A DNA stretch of 32,000 bases, from positions 2,700,001-2,732,000 of the forward strand of contig NZ_CP042905.2 in NCBI RefSeq assembly GCF_008000775.2, written 5' to 3'. Shown here in pieces: positions 1-8,266 of the stretch (positions are counted from its first letter, which is position 1; every line of letters begins with the position of its first letter). Under the pieces are notes generated by a model. It was not told the origin of the DNA, searched no databases, and saw only the letters and a list, made by a program, of their open reading frames with translations. Source of the DNA: Promethearchaeum syntrophicum (GTDB taxonomy: Archaea; Asgardarchaeota; Lokiarchaeia; Sigyniarchaeales; Promethearchaeaceae). The position numbers and the translations under genes are program-made.

Positions 1-423
1 GCTGATCGAGATTTATCTCGTCCAGTTATTGAAATCCGTGATTTTCAATATAACGATTTGCTATATGAAATTTATGCATTCGGTTCAGATGTAATTGTTG
101 CTCCTGTCGGAAAAAGGAAATATCGGAATAAAACCCCAAAAAAGAAGAAGCGATCCAATTTTTCATCAAATTTTAATGCATTAGATTTAGAATCTGATGA
201 TTTAATTCAAACTTCAGTATTCCGTAAAAATAAAGGATATACGATTGTGACTGATATCTCTTATAAAAACCAATATCTTAATTTCTATGTAAAAAATACT
301 CACCTATTTTCAGCGACGATGAATAATCATGGTGAGATTTATATAAAAAATAATAGCCCAATCTATTCCCGGATAAAAAATGCATTACAAAAGGGAAAAA
401 AAATCCAAGCATCTCAAGACTAA
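1..423 (+). CDS. Partial hypothetical protein, C-terminal part; the reading frame is open to the window start (ADRDLSRPVIEIRDFQYNDLLYEIY...)
   Basis: Open frame from base 1 through the listed ORF 58..423; adjacent to a convergent phospholipid synthase gene. No family recognised. Confidence 0.6.
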   Translation, partial: ADRDLSRPVIEIRDFQYNDLLYEIYAFGSDVIVAPVGKRKYRNKTPKKKKRSNFSSNFNALDLESDDLIQTSVFRKNKGYTIVTDISYKNQYLNFYVKNTHLFSATMNNHGEIYIKNNSPIYSRIKNALQKGKKIQASQD

Positions 424-456
424 TGATAATCTTTTCTATTTTAATGAATTAATTAC

Positions 457-1242
457 CTACAGTTTCTGCTTTTTTTCTTTGATTGCTGAAATAAATCCCG
501 ATATTATGAGAAGGATTACAATTGTTAATAATAAGGTCAGGATGATAAAAACAAACACAGCAGCTTGATTTTCAAAGAATATTATCAATACATATGCAGT
601 GAGAGCAGTAACCAGTACTATAACCATTAGAATCTTGAGCCAACCTTTTTTATGTCTAACCTTCTTGCTAAATGAAATTTTATCAGTAACATTAAACCAA
701 GCCAAAAGTATTAGTATAAAGGGGATAGAGTAATGAATAATTTGGTTAAATAAATGTGTAGACCCATAAGCAATGTAGAAATAATAATCAATCAAAGTAA
801 TTAAAGACAAAAATCCTGCAGTAGTTGGTGTAGGCACCCCCACATAACCTTCTAATTCAGTGCAATTAAAATGAGCTAATCGAATAATTGCACCTAAAAT
901 AAAAATAAATGTAGGAATAAACATTACCCATATAGAAAAACCCTTTATTCCCATAGAAGTAGTAGTTTGGGTATAAATATAAAAAGTAATGATTGCGGGT
1001 GCAAACCCAAAAGCAAAAAAATCACTTAAGGAATCTAATTCTTTTCCAAATTCATTGGCTTGATTTAATTTCCGAGCAAGATACCCATCTAATGTATCTG
1101 TAATGATTGCGATAAATATCATAGCCATAGCTAACCGATATGCATGATATTCTGATATGGTAAGAATAATTGCAAAAAACCCACATGCACTTCCGATTAA
1201 GGTTGCGATATCTTTAATTTTTATTATAGAAAGCATACCCAT
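457..1242 (-). CDS. pssA: CDP-alcohol phosphatidyltransferase, CDP-diacylglycerol/archaeol--serine O-phosphatidyltransferase-like
   Basis: Signature DG-x2-AR-x8-G-x3-D-x3-D visible in DTLDGYLARKLNQANEFGKELDSLSD; multiple hydrophobic segments. Confidence 0.88.
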   Translation of the reverse strand: MGMLSIIKIKDIATLIGSACGFFAIILTISEYHAYRLAMAMIFIAIITDTLDGYLARKLNQANEFGKELDSLSDFFAFGFAPAIITFYIYTQTTTSMGIKGFSIWVMFIPTFIFILGAIIRLAHFNCTELEGYVGVPTPTTAGFLSLITLIDYYFYIAYGSTHLFNQIIHYSIPFILILLAWFNVTDKISFSKKVRHKKGWLKILMVIVLVTALTAYVLIIFFENQAAVFVFIILTLLLTIVILLIISGFISAIKEKKQKL

Positions 1243-1285
1243 AATTATGAATAATAAATATGAATAATAAAGGTATAGAATAATA

Positions 1286-2641
1286 ATGAATAATAAAGGT
1301 ATAGAATATCAAAAAGCCACGACAAAAAAGATGTTACTTTATGCATCCCCTAGATTAGGAATACAATTTTTTATAAGTATAATTGATTTTGCCCTACTAT
1401 TCTTGTATAAAGATGTTTATAGCTTAAACGGGTTGTTTGTCGGAATAGCCCTTGCACTTGGTAAACTATCTGTCGGATTCAGCCAATTTATTATAGGATG
1501 GGCGAGTGATCATACAAAAACCAGATGGGGAAGGAGAAAACCTTATATTATTATAATGACCCCGATATTATGTATTACTTTTATTATGTTATTGCTCCCA
1601 GGACTTTTTTTAGGTGCGAATCCGCCTGAGAATTCCCTTTTTATTTGGTTAGTCATATTTAACTGCTTATCCCAAGCAGCTTATTCTGTTACTACGCCCT
1701 ATCATGCATGGAATGCTGAACTTTTCCCAGTAGATCAACGCCCGAAAGTTTCCTCGTTTCAAAATATGTTCAATATAATTGGGGCTGTGATTATTACTTT
1801 GTTCACACTGGTAATTTTGACAGACGTAAAAGATAAAATAGAAGCAGATCCTACAGTAATCCCAACAAACTTTCTTGTATCAATACTTTTTTTTGCTTTT
1901 GTACTTATTACAATGAGCTTTTTTAGCACCATTGCACTACCGGTAGAAAATACTCCAGAATATGGTTCTAAAATGAAAGATGATTTGAAGATTATATTGA
2001 AAAATAAAAATTTCCTTTTAGTGACTTTCATGCAAGGATTTTGCTCCTTAGCTATTGCAATGATCTCATCCATACTCGCAAAATTTGCCGATAACGTGGT
2101 CCATTTGGGCAGTGATACTAATATTGTTGTATCCGCTTTAATGGTTATAGCAATGCTATTTGGTCTATTTTGGTTCAAACATAGAATTGAAACCAAAGGA
2201 AAGAAAAAGACACTTATTTTCATATTTCTGTGGGGAATTATAATTCTACCATTTTCATTACTAGGATTTTTCCCATTTGCTCAAAGCATGATTTATGGAA
2301 TTGTTTATATCTCCTTCGTAGCCATAGCAATCGGGGGGTGGTATCTTTTTCCTTATATAATGTATGCTGATATTGCGGATGATGACCAAAAAAAAACTGG
2401 TGAACTCAAAGCGGGGATTTATGCCGGTTTTCCATCCATAATTCTTAATATATTCCAAGCTATTTCTCTATTTTTCACAGGTTGGCTAATCGAATTACCT
2501 TTAATCACCAATGTTCCTGATACCGAACCATTTTCGATAGGACTATTATTAATGGGTCCTATAGGCTCACTATTTCTAATTATTGCTCTATTATTTGGAA
2601 AGAAATTTGTTACCCTCGATTTCTCTTGGGAAAAGCAATAA
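1286..2641 (+). CDS. MFS transporter, glycoside-pentoside-hexuronide (GPH)/SLC45-like
   Basis: About 12 hydrophobic helices; motif GWASDHTKTRWGRRKPYIIIMTP, typical of the GPH family. Confidence 0.85.
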   Translation: MNNKGIEYQKATTKKMLLYASPRLGIQFFISIIDFALLFLYKDVYSLNGLFVGIALALGKLSVGFSQFIIGWASDHTKTRWGRRKPYIIIMTPILCITFIMLLLPGLFLGANPPENSLFIWLVIFNCLSQAAYSVTTPYHAWNAELFPVDQRPKVSSFQNMFNIIGAVIITLFTLVILTDVKDKIEADPTVIPTNFLVSILFFAFVLITMSFFSTIALPVENTPEYGSKMKDDLKIILKNKNFLLVTFMQGFCSLAIAMISSILAKFADNVVHLGSDTNIVVSALMVIAMLFGLFWFKHRIETKGKKKTLIFIFLWGIIILPFSLLGFFPFAQSMIYGIVYISFVAIAIGGWYLFPYIMYADIADDDQKKTGELKAGIYAGFPSIILNIFQAISLFFTGWLIELPLITNVPDTEPFSIGLLLMGPIGSLFLIIALLFGKKFVTLDFSWEKQ

Positions 2642-2657
2642 GCTTGATTTTTGAATT

Positions 2658-2671
2658 TTTTTTTTTCGATT
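2658..2671 (+). terminator. Poly-T tract downstream of the MFS gene, possible archaeal U-tract terminator
   Basis: GAATTTTTTTTTTTCG shortly after the stop codon at 2641. Confidence 0.35.
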
Positions 2672-2716
2672 TATCTTTAAGAAATATTTACATTACTTAA
2701 TTAGGGGAGAATTAAA

Positions 2717-3643
2717 CTGAGGGACATAAAATTCAATTATCAAAAGAATGGAATATTTGTTAGTTTAGGACTAATAATCCTCTTTTCATCTATAGGAGGA
2801 TATCTTACAAATTCTCAAATTTCCTCTCCCACTTTACATTTTATCTCATCAGCAAGCACCACTCAAATTCTACAAACTCCAATTTTTATCGATGGAACTG
2901 ATCCTAATCATGATTGGGATAATACTGAAAATGTTACTGGAACAGGCACTGTATCAGATCCTTATCAAATTGAGAATTTAATAATTGAAATAGATGGATA
3001 TGAAAATGGGATTTTCATTTCTAATTCAAATAAAACACTTCAAATTAAGAATTGCACAATTCTGCATAAGAATGAGATCTCTTCTGATAATGTTATGTCA
3101 GCAATCGGCATCTATTTTCAAAATTGCACAAATATTCAAGTTACAGATTGCACATTAACTCAGAATTCCTATGGTATGTTATTATTGAATTCTACTAATA
3201 TCCTAATCGAAGAAAGCACCTTCAACAACAACAAAATGACAGGGATTTATTCTAATCATTCTTCAAAAAATCTTTTTCTAAACAACAATATTAAACAAAA
3301 TAATAACACTGGATTTATACTAGAATTTTCAGATTCAAATACTATATCGGTTCACAACATTTCCGAAAATTATTTTTATGGTATCCACCTAAAAAATTCC
3401 AATGAAAATCGCATTCAAGACAGCTATATCCAAGATAATGGAAAAAGAAATGTTTTTACCCAAAATTCAGTGGGTACTCAATATTCTGGAAATACTCGAA
3501 TGGAACAATGGATTGAAGGATTTCTTGTTGAATTAGGTGCCGTTGTGTTTGTAACTGCTTATGTAATCTACAAACATTCTAAAGATGAGAAACGGTATAA
3601 AATAAAAAAAGAATTTAAAAAATTTATTGAAAATGATAACTAA
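2717..3643 (+). CDS. NosD-like right-handed parallel beta-helix surface protein with N-terminal hydrophobic segment and C-terminal TM segment; the ORF track starts it too late (3095)
   Basis: The frame is open upstream from 2705: (L)RDIKFNYQKNGIFVSLGLIILFSSIGGYLTNS...PIFIDGTDPNHDWDN...GTGTVSDPYQIENLIIEIDGYENGIFISNSNKTLQIKNCTI..., followed by beta-helix repeats (NNKMTGIYSNHSSKNLFLNNNIKQNNNTGF). No in-frame ATG at the N-terminus; CTG at 2717 follows AGGGGAG with SD-like spacing. Confidence 0.75.
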   Translation: MRDIKFNYQKNGIFVSLGLIILFSSIGGYLTNSQISSPTLHFISSASTTQILQTPIFIDGTDPNHDWDNTENVTGTGTVSDPYQIENLIIEIDGYENGIFISNSNKTLQIKNCTILHKNEISSDNVMSAIGIYFQNCTNIQVTDCTLTQNSYGMLLLNSTNILIEESTFNNNKMTGIYSNHSSKNLFLNNNIKQNNNTGFILEFSDSNTISVHNISENYFYGIHLKNSNENRIQDSYIQDNGKRNVFTQNSVGTQYSGNTRMEQWIEGFLVELGAVVFVTAYVIYKHSKDEKRYKIKKEFKKFIENDN

Positions 3644-3701
3644 AGAATTTAAACATCCTAATTAATTCTTACATTCCTGTTTTCTTCTGTCCCCACATTC
3701 C
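3638..3701. repeat. Left copy of a 64-bp exact direct repeat (att-like); the partner is at 13502-13565
   Basis: AACTAAAGAATTTAAACATCCTAATTAATTCTTACATTCCTGTTTTCTTCTGTCCCCACATTCC at both sites. Confidence 0.93.
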
Positions 3702-3740
3702 TAGCGAGACTGCTAACTCTTTAACTAAATTATCGCCAGA
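3669..3740 (-). pseudogene. 3'-terminal remnant of a RuBisCO-like gene
   Basis: Minus-strand translation ...SGDNLVKELAVSLGMWGQKKTGM*, versus ...KDHKELGISLGMWGQKKTGM* at the end of the intact gene 13533..14870. No remaining ORF upstream. Confidence 0.8.
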
Positions 3741-3849
3741 GAAGCGGCTTTGTCAGACTTTTTAGGTTTTTCAAAGGGTAAAATTAGCATAAAATATATT
3801 GAAATTTATTATTCATTAATCAACATTAGGTTCAATAAAATCAAAGAAT

Positions 3850-4554
3850 CTAATTATTTCTCTTTTTTCGATTTGTTCTGATTCTCGCTCTCCGCCTTTC
3901 TAATTGTTCCGCTGAATTTCTATCAATATTTTGCCCTTCAAATTGTACACCATTGGGCGGAGATTGATTACCTCTCCTTCTTGGGCGGAGGAACGCATAA
4001 CCACCAACTCCGAGAATAGCAGCACCAATTGGTATCCATAACAAATTTAAATTGCCCTCCTCTTCATCGGGAGGATTGGGGGGAACGGGATCAGGTTCTT
4101 GAGGAAAGGGTTTTGGGGTTATATGTCCCGCATGATATGTTCCCGAGGAAAGCGGATTTATAAAATAAATCTTCATTATGAAATTATACAAATATCTTCC
4201 ATTATGATAAAACAATAAATATTCTTTAGATACTATATAGAACCGTAAACCCTCAAGAATTACTTCAATACCATAAATATCTCCCGATCCACCTAATTTC
4301 TTGATAAAACTAGAACCATTTGTGAGATTCACTATATATGAACATCGGAAAGCAGTGATGTCACGAGAACTATTGATTCTAAATTTAAGGGAGTCATTGA
4401 CATCTTCCATTGTTATGTTAGTATATTCCTCATCGCTTGATTGAACTTGTCGTCGATTTTGTGGGATGTCCTTTGGATTTGGATGAATTACCACCACACA
4501 ACAAATCCCGATTGCGAATATAAGGATCATCGTTTTTTTTTTCATACTAATCAT
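3850..4554 (-). CDS. Secreted/membrane-anchored protein with proline-rich juxtamembrane region and C-terminal TM segment
   Basis: N-terminal signal-like KKKTMILIFAIGICCVVVI; PKPFPQEPDPVPPNPPDEEEGN, then NLLWIPIGAAILGVGGYAFL and a basic tail; several N-x-S/T sequons. Confidence 0.7.
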   Translation of the reverse strand: MISMKKKTMILIFAIGICCVVVIHPNPKDIPQNRRQVQSSDEEYTNITMEDVNDSLKFRINSSRDITAFRCSYIVNLTNGSSFIKKLGGSGDIYGIEVILEGLRFYIVSKEYLLFYHNGRYLYNFIMKIYFINPLSSGTYHAGHITPKPFPQEPDPVPPNPPDEEEGNLNLLWIPIGAAILGVGGYAFLRPRRRGNQSPPNGVQFEGQNIDRNSAEQLERRRARIRTNRKKRNN

Positions 4555-4744
4555 TTTTTATTGGGTTATTTAATATCGAAAAAATTTATTTGATAATATG
4601 AGATCATTTGCAAGAAGAGTACTTTCAAGAATTCTCATTTCGGGAAAATTTCTTAATTTGTTTTTTTGTTCAATTGTTCAATCTTCTAAAAAAATACACG
4701 AATCTTTCTAGACCAATTTAAGAAACAATATTTTTAAACTGGGT

Positions 4745-5131
4745 TTATGACACAATACTCAACATGCAATATCGTTCCTCTATGATATATTCAACCCCTA
4801 TTAACGATAAATCACCCATTCCATGTCCCCACACCCCATATTTTTCCGCATCAGCGTATACCGAATAATATCCCTCATAAATACACTGTGCTAAATCCAA
4901 TCGGGAAAACCCCCCAATAACCTGATACTCGAAAACTGCTCCCTTTTCCAGCGGATATGAAAATTCTATTTTGATCGCTTGTTCGGGTATGATTATTCGG
5001 TTCGGACTGAGAAGGTGATATTTGAGCTCGGGATTTCCGAAATGAATAATGGTCGGATTATAATTATCTTCGGGATCATCATCAAACCACCGAAATTTAA
5101 AGGTTTTAATTCCCTTCTGTTTTTTTACCAT
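4745..5131 (-). CDS. Hypothetical 128-aa protein, apparently co-transcribed downstream of an LRR gene
   Basis: 12-bp gap after the LRR ORF stop, same strand; no family recognised. Confidence 0.6.
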   Translation of the reverse strand: MVKKQKGIKTFKFRWFDDDPEDNYNPTIIHFGNPELKYHLLSPNRIIIPEQAIKIEFSYPLEKGAVFEYQVIGGFSRLDLAQCIYEGYYSVYADAEKYGVWGHGMGDLSLIGVEYIIEERYCMLSIVS

Positions 5132-5143
5132 TTTTTAATCCAC

Positions 5144-6430
5144 CTATAAGTATATTTTTAGCCCGTTGGGGAGATTATATGTTCTTTTATCCCTTATCAT
5201 CTCTAAAACTGCATCATTAGAAGGGACATTATTCTCCAGGATTTTGATTTCAGAACTACTGGCTTCAAAAACTAATCTTTCGCGTTCATCTTCAGTCAAA
5301 GATGCGGGAGAGGAAATATATTGGGTTGCCAGGGCTTTAGGTGATTTTTCATAGTATTTATAGAGTTTTTCAATATCTGATTGTTCTTCAAAGTAGGTGT
5401 GTTTTTCTCCCTTTTTCGTTAAAAATTCATTCGTTAGTATCAGTCTGGCTTCACTATACATTTTAATGAGATATTTTGGCAAGGTCCTGATGGGATTGCC
5501 TTGGATATTTAATAGACTGAAATTCTCTAAAGTCTTGAAATTTTGAGGAGGGGATGAGAGAAGATTATCATATAAATTAAGCTCAAACAGCTTCTCGAAA
5601 TTGTCAATATACTCAGGGATGTTGGTGAGAAAATTTTTGCCTAAATTGAGAATCTTCAGATTAACGAGATTTCTAAAACTGGTGGGGAGGGTTGTCAGTT
5701 TATTTCTATTCAAATAAAGCCGTTGGAGGCTGGTGATATTGCCAAAATTCTCGGGTAAAGATGTAAGTTGATTATCGCTTACAGCAAGAATCCTAAGGGT
5801 AGATAAATTCCCAATAGTATTCGGCAATGTGTCAAGGTTGTTTTCCGTTAAATTTAGGATTTCAAGATTTTTTAAATTTCCAATACTTTCGGGGACAACG
5901 GTTAGCCGATTTCTTTCTATGTCGAAATCTTCTAGTCTTGTTAAATTTCCGAAATTCTCTGGTAAAGAAAGGATTTTATTTTCATTGAGATTCAGTCTTT
6001 CAAGGAATGCCAAATTTCCCAAAGATTCTGGCAATGTTTTGATCCGATTTTTTCTGAGATATAATCTTTTGAGGTACCTTAGATTTTCAATGTCGTCAGG
6101 GAGGGACATTAACTGATTGTTTGATAAATTGAGGTCGAGCAGATATTTGAGATTCGTAAAATTGTCGGGTAATTGCCGGAGATTGCTATGAAGGAGTTCA
6201 AGGGTGATAATGTGACCTCGGTACACTCTGAATTTTGCATCAAAGGAATGGAATTCCTCTACCGCTTCCGCTTCTTTTTTCGGGATTTTGAGCATTTCAT
6301 CACCCACCGTTATTTTACCCCTTGAACCTTTGAATTTAATCCTACAGATATTATTGAAAACAAGTTGAGTATTTCGATTTTTATTTCCATGATGAAGTAT
6401 TCCATAGAAGTATTTAATAAGCAATTCCAA
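5144..6430 (-). CDS. Leucine-rich-repeat protein with conserved C-terminal extension
   Basis: About 11 repeats of 23 aa (LPxxxGNLxxLxxLxLxxNxLxx); C-terminal LYKYYEK...ASLTEDERERLVFEASS is shared with the LRR ORF at 10016. Confidence 0.88.
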   Translation of the reverse strand: MELLIKYFYGILHHGNKNRNTQLVFNNICRIKFKGSRGKITVGDEMLKIPKKEAEAVEEFHSFDAKFRVYRGHIITLELLHSNLRQLPDNFTNLKYLLDLNLSNNQLMSLPDDIENLRYLKRLYLRKNRIKTLPESLGNLAFLERLNLNENKILSLPENFGNLTRLEDFDIERNRLTVVPESIGNLKNLEILNLTENNLDTLPNTIGNLSTLRILAVSDNQLTSLPENFGNITSLQRLYLNRNKLTTLPTSFRNLVNLKILNLGKNFLTNIPEYIDNFEKLFELNLYDNLLSSPPQNFKTLENFSLLNIQGNPIRTLPKYLIKMYSEARLILTNEFLTKKGEKHTYFEEQSDIEKLYKYYEKSPKALATQYISSPASLTEDERERLVFEASSSEIKILENNVPSNDAVLEMIRDKRTYNLPNGLKIYL

Positions 6431-6436
6431 AAATAG

Positions 6437-6706
6437 AAAAAAAAATATGATCTTACTATATTACAATACCCATCCATACTGGAAAAAATTAAACCCCTTT
6501 TTCAAAATGGTCCCGCAGAATATGATTCTATATATTGGATAAAAAACCAATATCCCGGATTACCATTAGTTGCTGGAGAAATGACTCCTCATGATTATCA
6601 AGTTAAAGATCTTAAAGCTAAAATGATTTCAATTGTAACTTATGTGGAGATTTTAATGAAATGTACAGATAAATTAAATTCTCTGAAATCTAAAATCAGT
6701 GAATGA
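6437..6706 (+). pseudogene. Probable 5'-truncated gene remnant
   Basis: Open frame KKKYDLTILQYPSILEKIKPLFQNGPAEYDSIYWIKNQYPGLPLVAGEMTPHDYQVKDLKAKMISIVTYVEILMKCTDKLNSLKSKISE*. Protein-like composition but no upstream start codon. Confidence 0.4.
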
Positions 6707-6780
6707 TTAATTTAAATTTTTCTTATTTCCTCCATTTATTTTGGGTTGATTAAAGTAGATTTCTTGCATTTGAACTTGTT

Positions 6781-8115
6781 TTAAATTTTCTTCTCCACTA
6801 ACCGAAGTTGAGTTTGAATAAATGAGAATTGTCGAAGGGTAGGGCCTCGTTTCCAACTTTTTAACATATTATGTTGTCGCCTCCTTCGAGCTTTCTCAAT
6901 TTGCCATGCATTATAAAGCCAGTATTGAACTGAACGCATTGTTAATTTCCGGGCATTTGTATGTGCATTGGATGGCGGACCAAGTCGATTTATATCCCGA
7001 AAACCAGTCTCAATTTGCCACCGACGATCATATTTTTGACAAATACTTGAAGCCCAACCTTGTTGAGCCTTTTTGCATCTAGGTGGAGGCTTTGTAGTCA
7101 TCATCACCATTATTTCCTTCATTGCTTCAGTTAAATCAATCCTTCTTTGTTTGAAATCCTGTCGAATATCCCGTAACCGCCGACCTTGTCGATTGGTAAA
7201 AATTAACCACACGTGGATCCCTGGCAAGTGATAAAATTTCTTTGGTGCGCCTCGAACGATGTATGATTGAATATAGTGAATATCTTTTTTTAAATAACGT
7301 TCTAAAAGCCGTTTAATTGGCTTCCACTTTCGATAGGGGCCAATATAATGGATCCCACGCGGATTTAATTCGGACAATAATTCATAGGTCGGGAACCATC
7401 GATCACCTATCACAGCTCTAACATTAAACCCATGTTGAATTATTCTATCAATGCAATGAAGGATTTTTGGGACATTTGAGTGCTTTCTTTTAATGAGATG
7501 AATTCCAACAAATAAGCTGGTTCCTTTGCTTTTTATCATCAGACCAAGATAATTTCGTTTACGAGATGTGCCAGGGCCATTATAACCTTTTGTAAGGAAT
7601 GGATTTTGAGGAAATCGCTCTGATCCATAGTACCATTGATCAGTATTATCAATTAACAAGTCAATTTGATGGGAAATAAATCCATTTTGAAGAGCATAAT
7701 TGAGTTGGGCATCAAATATCATATCATTTAATCTATTTAATATCCAAAGTGGGAGTGATTGCCGATATTTGCGTACTTGATCTCCATTAGGGCACTTTCT
7801 TTCCCGCCGTACAAGTTCTCCTAAAAATTGTCTCGGTTGAATTTTCCTGCGACGGGTGGCATTTTCCTTCTGCCAAAGTAATTTATTCAACTCATCAGAA
7901 GCTTCATCTAATGAAAGATCCATGAGGGAATGAAGTATTAATATTTCCCAAAAATCTTCAGCGGAATACTTATATCCTTTTCGTTTTGAGAGATGAGTTT
8001 GGTTGATAATTTCTAGAGCAAGATTTTTTAGCCATGGCAGCCAATAATCATATGGGCATGATTCTTCTGCGGGGTGGAGCGGGAACTCCAATCCGCTTGT
8101 TGTTACAGATTGCAT
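6781..8115 (-). mobile_element. DDE transposase (IS4/ISH3-like), apparently full length
   Basis: Candidate catalytic motifs LIDNTDQWYYG (D), VIGDRWFPTYELL (D) and RRWQIETGFRDINRLGPPS (E, Y-x2-R-x3-E-like). Confidence 0.82.
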
Positions 8116-8266
8116 GATTACAAGGAAGAATCGGCTCCTTGTAAATCTTTTATTTCGACAAAAATAAATTCATTGAAAACTGAAAATAGAAAAAAAAGTT
8201 ACAGGATACAAACAATATAAAGAAATAATCACTGCTCTAAATCATATTTACTTATATAATCCACAG

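Noticed and set aside
1759-2223. 154-aa minus-strand ORF within the MFS gene
   Set aside because: Antisense overlap of a well-supported transporter.
5166-6116. ORFs on the + strand opposite the LRR gene (5166-5354, 5829-6116)
   Set aside because: Antisense shadows of the LRR repeat coding sequence; low-complexity Ser/Arg/Phe composition.
6700-8260. Defined terminal inverted repeats for the transposase
   Set aside because: By eye I could not identify a convincing pair of inverted ends or target-site duplications, so the IS boundaries are left as the ORF only.
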